From a virus (Duplodnaviria > Caudoviricetes): DNA of 39,965 nucleotides. The translations under genes and the position numbers were made by a program. The stretch is taken from positions 1-39,965 of IMG/VR virus record IMGVR_UViG_3300028840_003139; one strand, given 5' to 3'. The notes under the pieces are model-generated. The model worked only from the letters and a program-made list of their open reading frames with translations, was not told the origin of the DNA and made no database searches. Below are positions 34,162 through 39,965 of the stretch, in pieces (the stretch's first letter is position 1; each line of letters opens with the position of its first letter).

Positions 34162-35151
34162 CTAGGAGCTGCCGGGGCGGCGCTGCAAGCGGGATTGGAG
34201 GCGGCGGCGGCGGGACCGGAGCCGGGGATCTGTCATCGCCGTAGACTCCGGGCCATAACGCCACTGAAGGTAGCGCTCGAGCCAGCCGAGGCAATGGGCC
34301 CGCAGCTCCTCGCGGCCGAGTCGGGGGAACTGCCGGTCGAGCAGCTCGGCCCCACGGCGGACGATTTCATCGGGCAGATCGCCGGCCGAAAGGAAGCTGT
34401 CGACGGCATCGCCGGTATCCACCACGTCGGAGGCGTGCAGCTCGGTCGGATACCACAAGGGCGGCAGCTCTTCCCCGTTCTCGTCGCGGACCCGCCGGCC
34501 CTTCTTGTCCAGCCGATACAACTCGTCCGCCTTCAGGACGAGCGACGAGGCAAACGCCTCCGGGTCGGACTCGGCCAGGCGGAGGACGTAACCGCCGAGG
34601 TCGCCGCTGGGCGTGTCGAACGAGGTCGGATCCAGGTGCAGGTCCGCCCGGACGCGATCGGTCTCCAGCCGCGCGTTATGGGCCCGGCCCAAGAACTTGC
34701 CGATCCCGTCGTCTGAGAGGGTCGGGTGGGCGAAGCGCGACTTGAGGCCCTTCGGCGTGGCATTCATCAAGCGGACGATCTGCTTGAGCCCCTTCTGGTC
34801 GAACTCGCCCCGTCCCTCGGTCTTGAATGCCCCCTCCTGGGCCACGACATAGCCGCGGATCACGTTCTCATCGTGGTCGACGCCTATCGGCGGTGCGGTG
34901 ACGTTCGACCGCAGCCAGGCCGTTGCCGATTCGAGCGGCGGCGAATGCCAGAAACGACCCGCATGTGCAGGCTGCCTGTTCGTGCTGGTGTTGCTCATTG
35001 GTGCTTGCTCCTTTTTTCGCTCCCACTGGGTTTGACAGACAGCCCGCCGCTGGGCGGGGTCCTCGTATTCGTCGACCATCACCGGATCGCCCATGCAGCG
35101 GTCGATGAAGTCGGGCTCGCTTTCATTGGGGCGGGGGGTTGGTAAAGGCAT
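34162..35151 (-). CDS. Putative prohead maturation protease with a small N-terminal domain
   Basis: Lies between portal and capsid; KSRFAHP, FASSL and LHASDVVDTGDA resemble the His/Ser and C-terminal motifs of HK97/herpes-fold proteases. Confidence 0.6.
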   Translation of the reverse strand: MPLPTPRPNESEPDFIDRCMGDPVMVDEYEDPAQRRAVCQTQWERKKEQAPMSNTSTNRQPAHAGRFWHSPPLESATAWLRSNVTAPPIGVDHDENVIRGYVVAQEGAFKTEGRGEFDQKGLKQIVRLMNATPKGLKSRFAHPTLSDDGIGKFLGRAHNARLETDRVRADLHLDPTSFDTPSGDLGGYVLRLAESDPEAFASSLVLKADELYRLDKKGRRVRDENGEELPPLWYPTELHASDVVDTGDAVDSFLSAGDLPDEIVRRGAELLDRQFPRLGREELRAHCLGWLERYLQWRYGPESTAMTDPRLRSRRRRLQSRLQRRPGSS

Positions 35152-35159
35152 GGATCTTA

Positions 35160-35190
35160 ATTCAGCATTCAGCATTCAGCATTCAGCATC
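35160..35190 (+). repeat. (ATTCAGC)~4 array
   Basis: Supplies the stop of 35176..35343. Confidence 0.93.
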
Positions 35191-35343
35191 CTGGAGGAAC
35201 TTCTGCTCCATCGCCCGCAATCGCTCCACCTCGACGATCATCCGCTGCAAAATCTCTACTGCGGAACCTTTCTCCGGCGATTCGCCCCCGGTCCATTCCA
35301 GACCGAAAGCCACCGCTTTCCGGGCTTCGTCGACTATGTCCAT
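35176..35343 (-). CDS. Small inserted ORF (55 aa, MDIVDEARK...QDAEC)
   Basis: Translated by hand; fills the space between two heptamer arrays. Confidence 0.5.
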   Translation of the reverse strand: MDIVDEARKAVAFGLEWTGGESPEKGSAVEILQRMIVEVERLRAMEQKFLQDAEC

Positions 35344-35349
35344 GATCAA

Positions 35350-35383
35350 TCAGCATTCAGCATTCAGCATTCAGCATTCAGCA
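35350..35383 (+). repeat. (CAGCATT)~4.5 array
   Basis: Supplies the stop of 35371..35655. Confidence 0.93.
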
Positions 35384-35655
35384 GTGCGGCGGCCACTCGC
35401 CCCGGCAGTTCTGCAGGGCGGCCCCGTCACATTCGATCGTAGCCACGCCCTCGGCGCGAACTGCCAGAAATGACTCCTGTTCATGGTAGCGGTGTTGCTC
35501 ATCGGTGCTTGCTCCTCTTTTCGCTCCCACTGGGTTTGACAGACGGCCCGCCGCTGCTCTGGATCGTCGTAGTCCTCGACCATCACCGGATCGCCCATGC
35601 AGCGATTGATGAAGTCGGGCTCGGTTTCGTTGGGGCGGGGTGAAGGTAACGGCAT
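35371..35655 (-). CDS. Truncated paralog of the protease N-terminus (94 aa)
   Basis: MPLPSPRPNETEPDFINRCMGDP... versus MPLPTPRPNESEPDFIDRCMGDP...; shared AWLRSNVT. Confidence 0.7.
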   Translation of the reverse strand: MPLPSPRPNETEPDFINRCMGDPVMVEDYDDPEQRRAVCQTQWERKEEQAPMSNTATMNRSHFWQFAPRAWLRSNVTGPPCRTAGASGRRTAEC

Positions 35656-35669
35656 TTAGCGGCCTTGGC

Positions 35670-37385
35670 TTAGGGCGCAGAAAACACGGCAGCTACTCGG
35701 TTCGGCAACTCGGCTGGGCGGCATTCGGCGGCCGTCAATAGGCTCTGGCGGCTGGCGTTGCAGATGTTGCCGGCGAACCGCCGAGCTGCGGCCGCGGCAT
35801 CGGCCGTCTTGTCCTGGGCCGCCAACAGGGCGGCCATCGGGTTGTGCAGGGCCTCGGCCAAGGTCCGCTCGTGGTGGGCGTAGAATCCGTCGAGCCAGGC
35901 CAGGAATCGCTCCGGATGATGGGCGGCCCGCTCGGCCGCCTTGCGCTCCTTGGTCCTCAGCCGGCCCATCACATCGGCGATCACCTGCCGGGCGGCCTGC
36001 TCGTTGCGCTCCTGCCGTCGTCGCTTCAACTCGTCGTATTCTGCGCGGATCTCGGCCAGCAAGCGGCCCATTTGCTCTTCGTTGGCTTTTGCCTCTTCGC
36101 CCTTCGACTCTTCTTCCTCTTTCTCCTCCTCTTCCTTTGGAGCAACGGGCGGCGGAAGCGGCGGAGGTGGCTTCGGCTTCTCCGGCTTGATCGCCTTCTC
36201 CAGCGGCTGGATGTTCAGCGGGACGAAGCGAACGTCCCCTTCCGGCCCGATCGGGTCTTCGTCTTCGAGCTCCAAAATCTGGTTGATCGTGATCCCGCCA
36301 CAACTGAAAAGCTTGGTATAGAACTCCGCCCGGGCGGCATGATCGGCCTGGAGAAAGCCGCGGGTGTTGAACTTGCAGAAGTGTTTTTCGTCCAAGAGGC
36401 GGCGATTGATCTGTCCTTCCCACTTGCGGATCCAGGGCATCAAGGTGAAGACCAGGAATTCCCTCCCCAGCTCGACGATTGAGGAGTAGCTGGCCGCACC
36501 CTCCGTGAAGAGCTGCAAGAGGTGCTGGCTGATCCGATAGGCGCGGGCAATCTCCTCGACGCCGAAGCGGCGGGCCTCGATCATCTGCACGTCGTCCGGG
36601 TGCATCGAGGTCTTGGCGAACTTTGTTCCCTCCTCCAGGATGAGCGTGCGATGCCGTTTGCCGTGCTCGGCCCGCGCGGCCTGAGCATCCTGCAACCGCT
36701 TATAGGCCCTGTCCGAGAGGGGGCCGGGAACTTCCAACGCGCCCGCGTAGGCCGCATCGTTGGCGAACAGCTCCGAAGCGTAGCGCTCCCCCGCCTTGTT
36801 GTATGCGATCGCGTTTTTGAGCTTCCGGATCGGCGAGTAGCCGACCAGGCCGTCAAAACCGAACCCGGGAACGTGCAGGACGTCATCTGCCGCCAGGATT
36901 TCCTTCTCGCCGGCCTCGGTCCGGTGCTCGTATTTGATTGTCCCATCGTCCTCCCGGAATGGCCTGGTCCGCTTGGGCGAGAGCGGCCAAAGGGCCACGA
37001 CTTGACCATTGACTGCCCGCTGAATCTCGCTGTAGGCATTGCCGTAGGTGCAGAGGTGTCCTTGGCCGGCCTCGCGCCACGTGTAGCTGTCCATCTCGGG
37101 GTTCGGCTCGTCGTGCAAGACCCGATAGAGCGAATGGTCCTCGGCAGCCCGGCGGCGGCCATCGGGCAATCGCTCAAAGAGCTCCAGGGGCAAAGAGGCA
37201 ATTCCCTCGGAGAGGATCCGCACGGCGGCGTAGACGGCCGCGCAGGTCAGGGCCGTCTCTTCGTTGATCGTCTCGCCGCTGGGCGTCATTTGGCCGTCGC
37301 GGACCCAATCGATCAGCCACTGGTCCGGGTTGGCCGTCCCGCTCAGTCGGGCAGGCAAGAGTGCGTCGAAGATCATGGCTGCCAT
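35670..37385 (-). CDS. Portal protein, HK97 family, with C-terminal extension
   Basis: AVYAAVRILSEGIASLPL, EPNPEM, GNAY, DVLHV..GLVGYSPI, ILEEG and EIARAY motifs. Confidence 0.95.
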   Translation of the reverse strand: MAAMIFDALLPARLSGTANPDQWLIDWVRDGQMTPSGETINEETALTCAAVYAAVRILSEGIASLPLELFERLPDGRRRAAEDHSLYRVLHDEPNPEMDSYTWREAGQGHLCTYGNAYSEIQRAVNGQVVALWPLSPKRTRPFREDDGTIKYEHRTEAGEKEILAADDVLHVPGFGFDGLVGYSPIRKLKNAIAYNKAGERYASELFANDAAYAGALEVPGPLSDRAYKRLQDAQAARAEHGKRHRTLILEEGTKFAKTSMHPDDVQMIEARRFGVEEIARAYRISQHLLQLFTEGAASYSSIVELGREFLVFTLMPWIRKWEGQINRRLLDEKHFCKFNTRGFLQADHAARAEFYTKLFSCGGITINQILELEDEDPIGPEGDVRFVPLNIQPLEKAIKPEKPKPPPPLPPPVAPKEEEEKEEEESKGEEAKANEEQMGRLLAEIRAEYDELKRRRQERNEQAARQVIADVMGRLRTKERKAAERAAHHPERFLAWLDGFYAHHERTLAEALHNPMAALLAAQDKTADAAAAARRFAGNICNASRQSLLTAAECRPAELPNRVAAVFSAP

Positions 37386-37570
37386 CTCCCAGGTTCGTTC
37401 GGCCTCCCGCGTTCCGCCTTCCGCCTCCCGTCCAGAATCCGCCAGCAGGCCGCCACCAGCAGCGTGGCCAGCCCGGCGTAGATCCAGGCCGCCGGCGGGT
37501 AGATCGACCAGCAGCCGAAGCCCACCAGGCCCAGCCCCGCCAGCTCGACGATCGTCCGCAGTCTGCTCAT
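37373..37570 (-). CDS. Small two-TM membrane protein (65 aa)
   Basis: LAGLGLVGFGCWSIYPPAAWIYAG; a common type of gene just before HK97-like portals. Confidence 0.75.
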   Translation of the reverse strand: MSRLRTIVELAGLGLVGFGCWSIYPPAAWIYAGLATLLVAACWRILDGRRKAERGRPNEPGRWQP

Positions 37571-37767
37571 TCCATCCGCAGCTCGAATTCCAGGGCCGCA
37601 GTCAGCTTATGCAACGCCGCGGCCAACTCTTTCGGCTCATCCCGCCAGGCCAGGTCCTCGGCCAGGCTTTCGATGAGTTCTGCCATTGTGCCGATTGCCT
37701 CGACGGCCTGCCGTGCCCGACGGTTGATCTTCACCTCGACCAGAATGGTACGGGGTCTTAGAGCCAT
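37567..37767 (-). CDS. Hypothetical protein (66 aa)
   Basis: Overlaps both neighbours, consistent with translational coupling. Confidence 0.6.
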   Translation of the reverse strand: MALRPRTILVEVKINRRARQAVEAIGTMAELIESLAEDLAWRDEPKELAAALHKLTAALEFELRME

Positions 37768-39386
37768 CGCACATCCCTTTCGTCGTAGACCGAGCCCTTG
37801 CTTTTGCGGACGATGGCCCGCGAGAGCGCGATGATCAGGGCCACCAGGCCGTCGATCTTCTCGCCCGAGTGCTCCTTGTCGGGCATCACGTTCTCGGCAT
37901 GGTCCACCCGGCCGGCCGCGTTGGCCGCATTCCAGCGGAGGACCTTGTGGCCGCCATGGCGGATCTTCCCGTCGAGCAGCAGGCGCAAGAGGACCTTGGT
38001 CGGCGGGCTCATCGAGAGCATCCCCTGACGCACCTGGACGATGGTGAAACCGTCCTCCTCCTCGAGCTCGGTGATCAGATGCGAGGCGTTGTAGGGGTCC
38101 GCTCCGATCTCCTCGATCCGGTACTGCGTTCCGAGTTCATTGATCCGTTTGCGAATCAAGCGGTAATCGATCGAGTTCCCGTCGGTCAGCTCGATCAAGC
38201 CCTGCCGGGCCCACGTCAGATAGGGCACGCGATCCTTCCGGTCCCGCTTTGCAGCCTCGTCGCGCGGACACCAAAAAAAAGGCAGGACGTCATAGCCCTC
38301 CTCGGCGTTGCCGAATAGCAGGACCAGCGCGGCCAGGTCCTTCACCGTCGCCAGATCCAGCCCCGCCACACAGGGCTGCCCCTTGAGGGCCTCGGGATCG
38401 ACCAGGCCGGCGCAGGCCTCCCATTGGTCCATCGCGATAATTCGCACGCTCTGCTCGGTCCGCATGTCCAGGTGCAGGCGCTTGAACGTGTTTTCAAAGG
38501 CCGGCGTCTCGATGGCCTTCCGGCACTTCTCGGCGATCGCCTCCTCCGAGATCGTCACACCCAGATTCGGATTCGCCTTGTGCCAGATTTTGGGGTCCCG
38601 CCAATCGTCATCGCGCTGGGCCTCGTAGATCACCGGCAGGAACTTCGGATCGTCGATCAGGCCGTCGCGGACCTTAACCGCGTAGTCGTATTTCTCGTTA
38701 CAGATCGAGGGCCGATCATAATCGGCCGTGGTCAGATGGATGATCAACGGCTGGTCGCGGGCGATCGTCGAGGTCTCCAGCACGTCGACCAGCTCCCGGT
38801 TCGGCTGGGCATGGAGCTCGTCGATCACCGCCGCGTGGGTGTTCCCGCCATGCTCCGTGGTGGCCTCCGCGCAGATCGCCTTGTAAGTCCCGTCGCCCAC
38901 GACGATCGAATACTTGTAGATCTGCGCGCGGGCAGCCAGCTCGGGCTCGCGCTCGATCATCTTCCGGACCGGCTGAAACACGAAACCCGTCTGGTCCCGC
39001 TTGGCGGCGGCCGAGTAGATCTGGGCCCCGGGCTCGCCATCGGTATAGAGGATCAGGCAGACGATCGCTGCGGCCAATTCGGATTTGCCGTTCTTCCGCG
39101 GCACGTAGATCAGGCATTCGCGGTAGCGTCGCGTTCCATCCGGCCGCTTCCATCCGAACAGATTGCCGATCACCGCCTGCTGCCAGATCTCCAGATGGAA
39201 GGGCTCGCCGCCCTTCGGTCCGGCCGAGAACGTGAGGCACTCGCGGACAAAGTCGATCGCCAGTTGCGCGGCGGGCTCGTCGAAGTAGCAGTCGCCCGCA
39301 TCCCGAAACGGATCGTACCCGGGGATCTGCCGGATCGTCCGCTGGAGATCGTAGCTGAGTGTCTTGGTTTTTGTCGGTGCCATCAT
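37758..39386 (-). CDS. terL: Terminase large subunit
   Basis: Walker A VPRKNGKS, Walker B AVIDELH, nuclease GLDLA and KIDG; ATGA overlap with terS. Confidence 0.97.
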   Translation of the reverse strand: MMAPTKTKTLSYDLQRTIRQIPGYDPFRDAGDCYFDEPAAQLAIDFVRECLTFSAGPKGGEPFHLEIWQQAVIGNLFGWKRPDGTRRYRECLIYVPRKNGKSELAAAIVCLILYTDGEPGAQIYSAAAKRDQTGFVFQPVRKMIEREPELAARAQIYKYSIVVGDGTYKAICAEATTEHGGNTHAAVIDELHAQPNRELVDVLETSTIARDQPLIIHLTTADYDRPSICNEKYDYAVKVRDGLIDDPKFLPVIYEAQRDDDWRDPKIWHKANPNLGVTISEEAIAEKCRKAIETPAFENTFKRLHLDMRTEQSVRIIAMDQWEACAGLVDPEALKGQPCVAGLDLATVKDLAALVLLFGNAEEGYDVLPFFWCPRDEAAKRDRKDRVPYLTWARQGLIELTDGNSIDYRLIRKRINELGTQYRIEEIGADPYNASHLITELEEEDGFTIVQVRQGMLSMSPPTKVLLRLLLDGKIRHGGHKVLRWNAANAAGRVDHAENVMPDKEHSGEKIDGLVALIIALSRAIVRKSKGSVYDERDVRWL

Positions 39387-39850
39387 CCGCAGATCTTGAA
39401 AAAGCGTTTCTTGTCGGCTTGGGCGGTCGGCGGTCGGGCCGTTACTCGGGATCGGCTCGAGGGCGTCATGCCCAGCTCGGCGGCGTAGCCGACCATCGCC
39501 TTCATCGCGGCAGTCATCTGGTTGTGGTAGGGGCTCGCATAGGGCGTGCCCTTGCTGCTGATCAGGACGGAGCCTTCTTCCGCCACCTTCTCCCGCGCCT
39601 GCACGTACAGGCTCCAGCTCTCGCAGTAGGCGATCAGCACGGCCCGATCCAGGTCGGTCAGGATCCCCAGCTCGAGCAGCTCGCGGCAGAGGCGCCGCCA
39701 TTCCCGGCGGGCGATTCGGTCAAGGTGTCTCGGGCAGGGCGGGGCGCGAAGCGCGGGCGTCGGCTCCTGGTCGTTAAGCTTCCGCCGGCCGGGGTTCCCG
39801 GCCCGCCGCTTCAGCTCCGTCGGTTTCGGTTTTCTGCCTCGCCTTGCCAT
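39383..39850 (-). CDS. terS: Terminase small subunit, P27 family
   Basis: GRKPKPTELK...GNPGRR...ELGMTPSSRSR. Confidence 0.95.
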   Translation of the reverse strand: MARRGRKPKPTELKRRAGNPGRRKLNDQEPTPALRAPPCPRHLDRIARREWRRLCRELLELGILTDLDRAVLIAYCESWSLYVQAREKVAEEGSVLISSKGTPYASPYHNQMTAAMKAMVGYAAELGMTPSSRSRVTARPPTAQADKKRFFKICG

Positions 39851-39889
39851 GATTTCTCGCCAAGCCCTACCGACCGCCATTCGGCCGCG

Positions 39890-39965
39890 ACGCCGCCGCC
39901 CCCCTCCCCAGTGGGCGGGTCCTCGCTTGCCCCCCCCTCGAATTTCGCGCAAAAAAACGCGGGAC
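39890..39965. other. Probable cos region (continues into 1..60)
   Basis: Noncoding interval between HNH and terS with G-runs and GACCG...CGCGAAATT, the usual position of cos in HK97-like phages. Confidence 0.55.

Larger units (their letters stand above)
31972..34178 (+). mobile_element. Plus-strand accessory island (moron-like) bounded by a perfect 23-bp direct repeat
   Basis: gctgcactaggagctgccggggc at 31972..31994 and 34156..34178; genes opposite to the late operon; has its own promoter. Confidence 0.7.
1..39965. mobile_element. Temperate siphovirus-like phage genome (HK97-type head), apparently complete and circularly closed
   Basis: Full set of packaging, head, tail, integrase, attP-like and replication genes. 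First and last 6 nt are identical (cgggac). HNH at the left end runs into terS at the right end on the same strand. Confidence 0.92.

Noticed and set aside
39387-39701. N-terminal extension of TerL in the 647-aa ORF
   Set aside because: It overlaps terS; the ATGA-coupled start at 39386 is more plausible.

Overview
The window looks like a complete or near-complete, probably circularly closed, ~40 kb high-GC temperate siphophage genome with HK97-type head genes. It is opened at the probable cos region between the HNH endonuclease and terminase small subunit genes. Almost everything is on the minus strand. Reading right to left: terS, terL, portal, prohead protease, a plus-strand island, major capsid, connectors, tail tube, a GT25 glycosyltransferase, the tail chaperone with a -1 frameshift, a short tape measure and minor tail genes. 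Next come plus-strand cargo genes, an attP-like core matching a tmRNA-type 3' end, a tyrosine integrase, and early/replication genes. The last block holds holin-like proteins, a papain-like protease, signal-peptide-bearing beta-helix/beta-propeller proteins, LamG and virion-like proteins, and HNH. A Planctomycetota host is my inference from gene content and is not verified. The most striking unexplained structure is about 25 arrays of exactly 7-bp tandem repeats, from several sequence families, found almost only at gene junctions and sometimes supplying start or stop codons. Also notable: several accessory inserts bracketed by duplications, repeated hairpin elements that conserve base pairing, and a lysis-position module with no recognisable peptidoglycan hydrolase. 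All calls come from reading the sequence; no searches were run.
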